From contig JAFSXD010000001.1 in NCBI GenBank assembly GCA_017444245.1, positions 1-61,049 on the forward strand: DNA of 61,049 nucleotides. The letters run 5' to 3'. The position numbers were made by a program, and so were the translations under genes. This document shows, piece after piece, positions 47,277 to 54,278 of the stretch. This DNA comes from Selenomonadaceae bacterium (GTDB taxonomy: Bacteria > Bacillota > Negativicutes > Selenomonadales > Selenomonadaceae). The stretch's first letter is position 1. Every line of letters begins with the position of its first letter. The notes beneath the pieces were generated by a model. It saw nothing but the letters and a program-made list of their open reading frames with translations. It was not told where the DNA came from and searched no databases.

Positions 47277-47654
47277 GACGCACTCCACCTCCTTAAAACA
47301 TTTACAAAAAACTTTTCGCCGTTGAGGCGAGTGCGGGCTTTTTGACAATGCGTAGAAGTTGAACATACGCATTCCTAATCTTAGGGACGCCGCCCGATAG
47401 CGTTCATTAACGACGCTTGCGCTCTCCGCGAAGGAAGCTGAACTCGTCGATTCAAAAAATTTCTTACCCCTCCTTCTTGCGGATACGCACTGCGCCAAAT
47501 ATTTCATCCGACACCGCAAACCACGAAGTCGGCAGTAGATTAGAAATGGAACTCAAAGAAAGAGGATGAGTCCGCGACCAAGCTTTTGGCGAGTGATCAA
47601 TTCGCCGCCAGGTCAACACGTCGCCCGAGACCTCCTTGTCTCAATCGCGGCTAT

Positions 47655-47682
47655 TTTATAACCAAACTTGCCTTCGTGTCAA
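47655..47682 (-). promoter_or_regulatory. candidate promoter of the giant gene, implying a ~370-nt leader
   Basis: On the minus strand: TTGACA (47682-47677), a 16-nt spacer, then TATAAA (47660-47655). Confidence 0.45.
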
Positions 47683-47744
47683 TACTTTATCGTGATTAAA
47701 AGGTTTGTACTTAAAATTTTCAATGATTTTTGAATGAAAGGAGT

Positions 47745-47807
47745 TTAGATCGATAGATCGACAGATCGATAGATCGCCAGATCGATAGTTGTTAGTTGAT
47801 AGTAGTT
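47745..47807. repeat. 8-nt-period boundary repeat, longest copy in the window
   Basis: ttagatcgatagatcgacagatcgatagatcgccagatcgatagttgttagttgatagtagtt. Confidence 0.9.
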
Positions 47808-47834
47808 CGGAGGTTTTATCCTAAAAAACCTTCC

Positions 47835-48521
47835 CTACCCCTTACTTTCTAAATTTTTTATCTGCCAATCGATTGGAGTTTCGCCGATTGACGACAAAAA
47901 ATTATTCACGCGTGAAAAAGGTTTACTGCCGAAAAATCCTCCGCTTGCAGAAAGTGGGCTTGGGTGTGCAGATTCTACGATAAAATGTCTTGGGTTGGTA
48001 ATCATAATTTTTTTTGCGCGCGCAGGTCTGCCCCAAAGGACAAATGCAATCGGGCGTTCGCGTTCGTTGAGTAGCTCAATAATTCTGTCCGTGAAAATTT
48101 CCCAGCCTTGTCCGCTGTGGGAGTTCGCTTGATGTGCGCGGACAGTTAAAACCGCGTTCAAAAGTAAAACGCCTTGATCCGCCCAAGATTTTAAGTAGCC
48201 GTTATCCGGAATGGCGCAACCCAAATCAGAATTTAATTCCTTAAAAATATTTCGCAATGACGGCGGCGGTTGAACTCCTTCTTTGACGGAAAAGCTAAGC
48301 CCGTGCGCTTGTCCTTCTTCGTGGTAGGGGTCTTGTCCCAGAATGACAACTTTCGTGTCGGCGTAACTCGTGAAGTGCAAAGCGTTGAAAATATCGTACA
48401 TATCCGGGAAAATTTTTCGCGTGCGGTATTCATGAATTAAAAATTGCCGCAACCTTTGGTAGTACGGTTTTTCAAGTTCGGCGTCCAAAAAATTTGCCCA
48501 ATCGTTTCTAAAAATTTGCAT
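47835..48521 (-). CDS. ung: uracil-DNA glycosylase
   Basis: [10 protein letters not shown] and HPSPLSA motifs. The ATG at 48521 follows a GAGGGAA RBS. Confidence 0.92.
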   Translation of the reverse strand: MQIFRNDWANFLDAELEKPYYQRLRQFLIHEYRTRKIFPDMYDIFNALHFTSYADTKVVILGQDPYHEEGQAHGLSFSVKEGVQPPPSLRNIFKELNSDLGCAIPDNGYLKSWADQGVLLLNAVLTVRAHQANSHSGQGWEIFTDRIIELLNERERPIAFVLWGRPARAKKIMITNPRHFIVESAHPSPLSASGGFFGSKPFSRVNNFLSSIGETPIDWQIKNLESKG

Positions 48522-48606
48522 GGATTCCCTCAAACAAAAAAGTTGCCGAAAATTTTCAGCGTCAACTTTCGGCAACTCATTACAGCATGATTTCAATGAA
48601 AAAATT

Positions 48607-49572
48607 TTACACGAGGACACTGGCAAGGCGGACAAGTTCAGGGTCAAGCGGTTTTCTGTTGTTGACGGAGTCGAAGAGATTAATGCTGACAACTTTTCCT
48701 TCGTCGAAACCGAACACGACATCAGAAACGCCGGAAATTAATGCGAGTGCCGCACGTTCGCCGAGCATTGAAGCTTTCATACGATCTTCCATAGTTGGGG
48801 AACCGCCGCGTTGAATGTGTCCAAGAATCGAAACGCGCGTATCAATGCCGGTTTTTTCTTGCACAACATTTTTCAAGCCAACGCCGGAGCATGCGCCTTC
48901 AGCGACGACGATAATGCTGTAGCGACGACCTTTTTGGTAAGATTCGACAATTTCACGACAAATTTCGTCCAAATCGTACTTGACTTCGGGAACGATGATA
49001 TATTCCGCGCCACCTGCAATACCCGCCGTCATTGCGAGCCAGCCGGAAGTGTGACCCATGACTTCAACAATCATGATGCGACGATGAGCGGAGGCAGTAT
49101 CGCGCAGTTTGTTAATCGCGTCAACTGCAGTGTTTGCCGCCGTGTCACAACCTATGGTATAATCTGTTCCCCAAACGTCATTGTCGATTGTGCCGGGAAG
49201 TCCGACGATGGGAATGCCGCCCATTTTCGAGAGCAACGAGCCGCCGGTTAATGAACCGTCACCGCCGATGATGACAAGACCTTCTATGCCATGTTTTTGC
49301 AAATTGTTGAGACCTTTACGGCGTCCTTCTTCGGTTTTAAATTCTTTGCAGCGTGCAGTTCCCAAAAATGTGCCGCCGCGTTGAATCAAGTCGCTGACAC
49401 TGCGGGCATTGAGCTCAACAATTTCGTCGGCAAGCATGCCCTTGTAGCCGTTGTAAATGCCGAAAACTTTAACGCCTTCGTAGAGTGCCGTTCTGACTAC
49501 AGCACGTGCCGCCGCGTTCATGCCCGGACTGTCGCCGCCGGATGTCATTACAGCTATTGCTCCTGTTATCAT
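48607..49572 (-). CDS. pfkA: ATP-dependent 6-phosphofructokinase
   Basis: [22 protein letters not shown] and PGTIDND motifs. The start at 49572 follows a GGGAGG RBS. Confidence 0.93.
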   Translation of the reverse strand: MITGAIAVMTSGGDSPGMNAAARAVVRTALYEGVKVFGIYNGYKGMLADEIVELNARSVSDLIQRGGTFLGTARCKEFKTEEGRRKGLNNLQKHGIEGLVIIGGDGSLTGGSLLSKMGGIPIVGLPGTIDNDVWGTDYTIGCDTAANTAVDAINKLRDTASAHRRIMIVEVMGHTSGWLAMTAGIAGGAEYIIVPEVKYDLDEICREIVESYQKGRRYSIIVVAEGACSGVGLKNVVQEKTGIDTRVSILGHIQRGGSPTMEDRMKASMLGERAALALISGVSDVVFGFDEGKVVSINLFDSVNNRKPLDPELVRLASVLV

Positions 49573-49680
49573 AAAACTCTGCCTCCCAACTATCAAACGC
49601 CCATTGACGCAATTCCTAACCATTTTCTTTACGCTATTTTAGAAAATTTTTCGCGCATTGTAAAGTGATTTTTTTGTTGG

Positions 49681-49712
49681 AGCGATAGATCGATAGATCG
49701 ATGGATCGATGG
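49681..49712. repeat. 8-nt-period boundary repeat (RGATCGAT)x4
   Basis: agcgatagatcgatagatcgatggatcgatgg lies between divergent pfkA and the CYTH gene. Confidence 0.9.
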
Positions 49713-49728
49713 TACGGAGTTGATTCAC

Positions 49729-50178
49729 ATGGCTTTTGAGATTGAACGAAAATTTTTAGTTGACGCGTCGAAGTTGCCCGCGCAGATTTTGGTTGACGGG
49801 GAAAAAATTTCTCAAGGATATTTGTGTAGCGAACCTGCGCGAACGGTACGCGTGAGGACGAAGGGCAAACGCGGTTTCTTGACGGTGAAAAGTGCCAACG
49901 TCGGCATTGTGCGAAAAGAATTTGAATTTGAAATCCCGCTTGACGACGCCGAAGAAATTTTAAAACTTTGTCCTAACGTTTTGCAAAAGGTACGTTACAA
50001 AGTTGAGCACGCGGGAAAAATTTGGGAAGTCGACGTTTTTTCCGGCAGGCATGACGGATTAATTTTAGCGGAAGTGGAATTGTCCGCAGAAAATGAAATC
50101 GTAGAGTTGCCTGACTGGTTGGGCGAGGAAGTTTCAAACGACCCGCGCTATTTCAATTCGTCGTTAGCTTTGTCGTAA
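49729..50178 (+). CDS. CYTH-domain protein (triphosphatase / class IV cyclase fold)
   Basis: MAFEIERKFLV (ExExK motif); about 150 aa. Confidence 0.85.
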   Translation: MAFEIERKFLVDASKLPAQILVDGEKISQGYLCSEPARTVRVRTKGKRGFLTVKSANVGIVRKEFEFEIPLDDAEEILKLCPNVLQKVRYKVEHAGKIWEVDVFSGRHDGLILAEVELSAENEIVELPDWLGEEVSNDPRYFNSSLALS

Positions 50179-50179
50179 A

Positions 50180-50222
50180 CAAAAAACGCTACCAAAAATT
50201 TTTGATAGCGTTTTATTTTTTC
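50180..50222. terminator. bidirectional rho-independent terminator
   Basis: aaaaaaCGCTAcCAAAAATTTTTGaTAGCGttttatttttt. Confidence 0.7.
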
Positions 50223-50235
50223 GTTCGCAAAAAAA

Positions 50236-50670
50236 TTATCTTCCGGCAGAAACGCCGTCTTTGATGATGTTGGATAATTTGCCGTCAACTTTTTCTGAAT
50301 GTTCGATTCTCAAAATTTCACTACGAAATTCTTGCAATCCTCTAATCGCCGCGTCGAGTTGTTTCAGTGTAAAAACTCCTTCGGTTTCAGCAAGATTTTT
50401 TAAAGACTTCCTGCAACTTGCCGAAAGTTTTTCCAAAAGTTTTTCGCGGCGTTCCTTACGTGCTTTAAATTCTTTTTCAAGATTTATGAGTTGTTCCATT
50501 GAATGAACTGCCGCTAAATAATCGTACTTCAACTGCGCTGATAATGGTTCGCCGCCTTCGGGGGTGACAGTGCCGTTTTTCAGCGCGTCTTGAAATCTTT
50601 CAAACGTTCCCACGCTAAACCCTCCCGAAAAATTTTTTCCTATTCTAAACCAAAAATCTTTTGACGGCAA
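50236..50670 (-). CDS. hypothetical coiled-coil protein
   Basis: ORF only, with a TTG start. I recognised no motif. Confidence 0.4.
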   Translation of the reverse strand: MPSKDFWFRIGKNFSGGFSVGTFERFQDALKNGTVTPEGGEPLSAQLKYDYLAAVHSMEQLINLEKEFKARKERREKLLEKLSASCRKSLKNLAETEGVFTLKQLDAAIRGLQEFRSEILRIEHSEKVDGKLSNIIKDGVSAGR

Positions 50671-50679
50671 GAAAAATTT

Positions 50680-51027
50680 TCAATACGCCCCTTCTAACGG
50701 ATCTTTGCCAAAACGATTTGGTCCGTCAGTTCCTTTCGCGAACATGAGGTAGAGCCCCAAGAGAAAGCCGACAACCGGAATCAAAGCGATAAAGCCGAAA
50801 TAGCCGCTCTTGTCCAAGTCGTGAAGTCTTTTGACAAGCAATGAAATACTTCCCGCAATCACTGCCAAGCCGACGACCATTCCAAAAATTGCGATTAACG
50901 TGCTTGATGAATGTTCGGCAAGATATCCCATTATCGTCGAAATTAAAGAGAGTGAAAAAGTGCCGATGATGTACGGTTTACGGTTCAATCTTCCTTCAAG
51001 CGAGAAAAAAATTTTTTGTAAGTCCAA
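50680..51027 (-). CDS. DUF805-family inner-membrane protein
   Basis: FSLEGRLNRKPY .. VKRLHDLDKSGY .. NRFGKDP. There is a TTG start at 51027 after an AGGAGG RBS. Confidence 0.8.
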   Translation of the reverse strand: MDLQKIFFSLEGRLNRKPYIIGTFSLSLISTIMGYLAEHSSSTLIAIFGMVVGLAVIAGSISLLVKRLHDLDKSGYFGFIALIPVVGFLLGLYLMFAKGTDGPNRFGKDPLEGAY

Positions 51028-51028
51028 A

Positions 51029-51901
51029 TTAAATTCCTCCTGCCAAATTAATTTGCGGAAAATTTTCCAGCAAATTATTTTTTTGTGCAAGCCGATAAAA
51101 AATTTTCAGCGCGTCAATGCCTTCGTTCGTCAAATCCCATTTGATGACGCCGCCCAAATATTTATCCAACTCGTCAAAGGTAAACGGCTTTTCGTCCAAA
51201 ACGGAATTTATCGCCGCCGCCTTTTTCTGCAGACCGAATTTTAAACCTTCATGGATTTTTTTGCAAACTTTTTCAAGAAGTTCAGGAAAATCTTGGGCAA
51301 ATTTTTTTCGCGCCGCCCAAACAGCATAAACCATTTGCCGCCCCGTCAACTTATGCCATTCGTTGCCCAAATCGTAATAAAAAATTTTTTCCTGCCTGTG
51401 CAAGTGCAAGTAAAGTGCTTCGTCACCAATGAACAACGCGGCGGTTGCGTCACGCGGCACGGGATTTTTCACGTCTAAATTTTCTACGACGTAATTCGGT
51501 TTAAGATTGTAACTTTCCGCCAAAATTATTTTCAAAAGACAATGTGCCGTTGCAGACTTCGACGTTATCGCGACAATTTCGCCGTCCAAGCGTTCAATCG
51601 GTTTTCGCGAAAGCAACATTATGCTGGTGACGTTTCCTTCTGCGCGAATACAAATTTTCGGAACGAGCAAGAGATTTTCATTTTGGCGGGCGTATTCAAT
51701 CGACGACATTAAGGCAACGTCGAGAGAGCCGCTTTTCATCTGCGCGTTGACGAAAGCGGGAACGCCCATTGCAACCGAAAAAATTTTTGCGGCGTCCGTC
51801 GTGTAGAAATAATTCAGCGGCAGTACATTCAAAAAATTTATGTGACCAATTTTCGGTTTGTAATCGCTACTCAAAAAATTTTTCACTTCCCGACTATCCA
51901 T
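51029..51901 (-). CDS. mqnA: MqnA-type menaquinone (futalosine pathway) biosynthesis protein
   Basis: KIGHINFLNVLPL near the N-terminus, SSIEYAR, and periplasmic-binding-like fold pattern (PF02621-type, from memory). Confidence 0.65.
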   Translation of the reverse strand: MDSREVKNFLSSDYKPKIGHINFLNVLPLNYFYTTDAAKIFSVAMGVPAFVNAQMKSGSLDVALMSSIEYARQNENLLLVPKICIRAEGNVTSIMLLSRKPIERLDGEIVAITSKSATAHCLLKIILAESYNLKPNYVVENLDVKNPVPRDATAALFIGDEALYLHLHRQEKIFYYDLGNEWHKLTGRQMVYAVWAARKKFAQDFPELLEKVCKKIHEGLKFGLQKKAAAINSVLDEKPFTFDELDKYLGGVIKWDLTNEGIDALKIFYRLAQKNNLLENFPQINLAGGI

Positions 51902-52031
51902 CGATCCATCGATCTATCGATCCAACGATCTAACTTATGTGACCAATTTTCGGTTTGTAATCGCTACTCAAAAAATTTTTCGCTTCCCGACTATCCATCG
52001 ATCCATCGATCTATCGATCCAACGATCTAAC
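51838..52031. repeat. 2 x 97-bp tandem duplication covering the mqnA start, its RBS and the GATCGAT-type repeat
   Basis: 51838-51934 and 51935-52031 differ at one position (cacttcc vs cgcttcc). This explains the two track ORFs that both start MTNFRFVIATQKIF. Confidence 0.95.
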
Positions 52032-53862
52032 TTTGAATCCAAAGGAGTTGATATTTTTCCATTTGTTTCAAAACGTGATCGAAGAAAGGTTTTGAAGTGT
52101 CGGGGTGCGCCAAGAAAAGTGAATAAGTTTTTTCAAGCGGAACTATCAAAAGCTTTGCTTGCTCCGTCAAAACTTCGGCAGAAATAATTGTGCGGGGATT
52201 TTGAATAAAAACATTTTCGTTAATCCAACCGCCTTTAGAAATGATATCCAACGCCTTGAACCAACCGTCGCCCTTGTCCAAACTTCGCGCCAACTTTCCT
52301 TCGACGACGAAAATCAAATTTTCCCTCAAAATATCCCCGTAAATTCTGTCGCCTTCAAATTTCGTGACAAGTTGAGTGCTGTCCGCGAAGAAAGCCAACG
52401 TGCCGCCGCCGCTGCCTTGAAGTATCGGATGCTGTACGATGAAGTTTGAAATAGTTTTTTTGTCGTCCGAAGATTGAAATTGCCCGCCTTCTTCAGTTTC
52501 GATTTTCATTTGGTGCATGAGTTTTTCCATAAAAGTTTTGAACGGCGAATGCCAATGCACGAGCATTTGACGCAAGACGAGATTGTAAATTCGCGCGAAA
52601 CGTTCACCGGCGTTTTGGAAAAATTTATTGGCGTCGTAGAGGAAAGTTAAAGATAAAGTTGTTTCCGCGTACTGAAAATAAATTCCGAGCTTGACGCCCT
52701 GCGGATCCCATGAATTTGTCGTGACGACTGCGCCAAAAGGTTCTGCCTTCGTCTCTGAATAAGTTGCCTCCTTCGTCCCCTTGAAGTCGAGGAAACTAAG
52801 GAAGTGATCAAAAGTTTTTCCCTTCGTCAATTCTTGGAGCGTGTCCCAATCAGAAAAACCGTAGGGTTGCGACACGACGAGTTGACGAAACTGTTGCGTT
52901 ATGATTTGTTCGATTGTCATATCGTCGGGACTTTTTTGGCGCACGGGAATGACATTGAACGCGGACTCATTGCCCTTTGAACCGGCACTGAATTGACAGA
53001 AAATCACGTCGTCAAGCGTGCGCGTTGACTGCAGGAAAAATCCCCATGCACTTTGCAAAATCGTCATCAACATTACGCGGCTTGACTTTGCTTTTTCGCG
53101 CAGGTCGGACAAAATATCTGCGGGAATATTTTCACGAAACGCCTTCGGATTGTACGGCGCATTTGAATGTTTCGCGTAAGGTAACGTCGGCATTTGCGGT
53201 AAATCTTTCAAAAGTTTTGACCAGTAATCGCGAATTGCCGTTTCAACATTTTTTTGTTGTGTGCCGCCGGAAATTTTTTTGACGCGCTTAAATTTTTCTA
53301 TGCCCAATGCCGAAAGGAAAAAATTTTTTGGATCGAAGGCATTTGAAATTAACCGCGACATCGTGACGAGGACAGCAAATTCATTTTCTTCCGTCTTTAA
53401 GATTGTGAATCGGATTAAATTACCGCGCTTCACGTCGAAATTAACGCGGCGGTCGGCTTCCATGATTTTCGTTAAAGTTTCGTCAATTTCTTCAGGGTCT
53501 GCTTGCGAAAGCGCGCGATAAACGACATCTGGCAAAGTGCGCCGCTCAACGAAAATAACTCTGACGGTTCGGTTTTCGAGTTCGCAAAAATTTGAACGAA
53601 AGGTGTCGTCACTTTTAACCATGTCATGGACAACGCGATTAAATTTTATCGGCGTGATGTCGCCTTGAACTTTGTAAAGCGTCTGCACAGAAAAATAGGG
53701 CGATATAAATTGTTTCTGCGCGAAGAAAACTTTTTCGTCCGTCGTCAACTCCTCAACTTTTTCAATTTGGTTGGGATTGTAGCCGACAGAGCCGGTAAGT
53801 TGCCGCCCATAAACTGTCTCCAAAATATTTTTTTCGGTCGCCGTTAATTTCAAAATGCTCAT
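52027..53862 (-). CDS. condensation (NRPS C)-like domain lacking the HHxxxDG histidines, fused to a cNMP-binding-like C-terminal domain
   Basis: FAVLVTMSRLISNAFD sits where HHxxxDG is expected. RDYWSKLLKDLPQMPTLPY and MTILQSAWGFFL are C-domain-like. The C-terminal LIFVVEGKLARSLDKGDGWFKALDIISKGGWINE is a CAP-type beta-barrel pattern. Confidence 0.55.
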   Translation of the reverse strand: MSILKLTATEKNILETVYGRQLTGSVGYNPNQIEKVEELTTDEKVFFAQKQFISPYFSVQTLYKVQGDITPIKFNRVVHDMVKSDDTFRSNFCELENRTVRVIFVERRTLPDVVYRALSQADPEEIDETLTKIMEADRRVNFDVKRGNLIRFTILKTEENEFAVLVTMSRLISNAFDPKNFFLSALGIEKFKRVKKISGGTQQKNVETAIRDYWSKLLKDLPQMPTLPYAKHSNAPYNPKAFRENIPADILSDLREKAKSSRVMLMTILQSAWGFFLQSTRTLDDVIFCQFSAGSKGNESAFNVIPVRQKSPDDMTIEQIITQQFRQLVVSQPYGFSDWDTLQELTKGKTFDHFLSFLDFKGTKEATYSETKAEPFGAVVTTNSWDPQGVKLGIYFQYAETTLSLTFLYDANKFFQNAGERFARIYNLVLRQMLVHWHSPFKTFMEKLMHQMKIETEEGGQFQSSDDKKTISNFIVQHPILQGSGGGTLAFFADSTQLVTKFEGDRIYGDILRENLIFVVEGKLARSLDKGDGWFKALDIISKGGWINENVFIQNPRTIISAEVLTEQAKLLIVPLEKTYSLFLAHPDTSKPFFDHVLKQMEKYQLLWIQS

Positions 53863-54061
53863 CTCCGTTACTGAAAACTTATAGAAAGTTGTAAACTCTT
53901 ATGTTTCATTCCTGATTCATCGCGTCCGCTTTTGCCGAAGCTACTCACGTTTGGTGTAACGCTCCACAGGCTTCAATTCCCCGCTAACGTACGGGTATTT
54001 TTTCAATCAGCTCGCGTATCGTTTTAAATTTATCGCCGCTTGTAAATCCCGGTCTATTTCG

Positions 54062-54127
54062 TTACCTCCTTACCAATTTTGTAGGACCTTTAGAATTTTT
54101 TACACCTTTTTTTCAACTGTTGAAAGC
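54062..54127 (-). promoter_or_regulatory. ~67-nt conserved leader element, copy 1, containing the palindrome TTTCAAC-N-GTTGAAA
   Basis: The minus strand reads GCTTTCAACAGTTGAAAAAAAGGTGTAAAAAATTCTAAAGGTCCTACAAAATTGGTAAGGAGGT, roughly four-fifths identical by eye to 60912-60978 on the plus strand. Confidence 0.6.
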
Positions 54128-54153
54128 TTTCTTTCATCTTCCAATCTGAAAAG

Positions 54154-54182
54154 AGAATACGACGCGGCAATTTAATTGTCAA
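54154..54182 (-). promoter_or_regulatory. candidate promoter of the 611-aa gene, implying a ~285-nt leader
   Basis: On the minus strand: TTGACA (54182-54177), a 17-nt spacer, then TATTCT (54159-54154). Confidence 0.4.
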
Positions 54183-54192
54183 GTTTAGCCGA

Positions 54193-54231
54193 AATAAAAA
54201 AAACTGACAACGAATTAAATCCGTCATCAGT
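54193..54231 (-). terminator. rho-independent terminator after the HPr-fusion gene
   Basis: On the minus strand: CTGATGACG-gatttaatt-CGTTGTCAG (imperfect stem) followed by TTTTTTTT. Confidence 0.5.
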
Positions 54232-54278
54232 TGGAAAAAGTTTAGTCAAAAAATTTCGTCAGAAAAAATCTCTCTGTA

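Noticed and set aside
47277-47519. The 5' ~80 codons of the 1844-aa track ORF (MRCRMKYLAQCVSARRRGKK..)
   Set aside because: A strong AAGGAGG RBS lies at about 47283-47291, with a TTG at 47276 and an ATG at 47237 downstream. The upstream part has leader-like hairpins and an arbitrary basic sequence. It is open only by chance.
48522-48722. N-terminal extension of the ung ORF, overlapping the pfkA 3' end
   Set aside because: UDG homology begins at [12 protein letters not shown], which has its own GAGGGAA RBS. The extension would overlap pfkA by more than 100 nt.
51838-52031. CRISPR-like array (regular repeats at several loci)
   Set aside because: The repeats have a 7-8-nt period, or are a 2x97-bp duplication, with no unique spacers of 25-40 nt. 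No cas genes are present.
53864-54061. Invertible (invertase-type) promoter or leader segment upstream of the 611-aa gene
   Set aside because: The inverted relative orientation of the 14-mer versus the 67-nt element at the two loci suggested a DNA switch. However, the segment boundaries carry only a short direct repeat (CGTTAC), not inverted repeats, and no recombinase gene is nearby. I kept it only as a note on a past rearrangement.
53863-54146. Known riboswitch or T-box in the ~285-nt leader of the 611-aa gene
   Set aside because: By eye there is no match to the TPP, SAM, FMN, glycine, lysine, c-di-GMP, ZTP or T-box signature sequences. I cannot exclude a novel or poorly remembered class without Infernal/Rfam.
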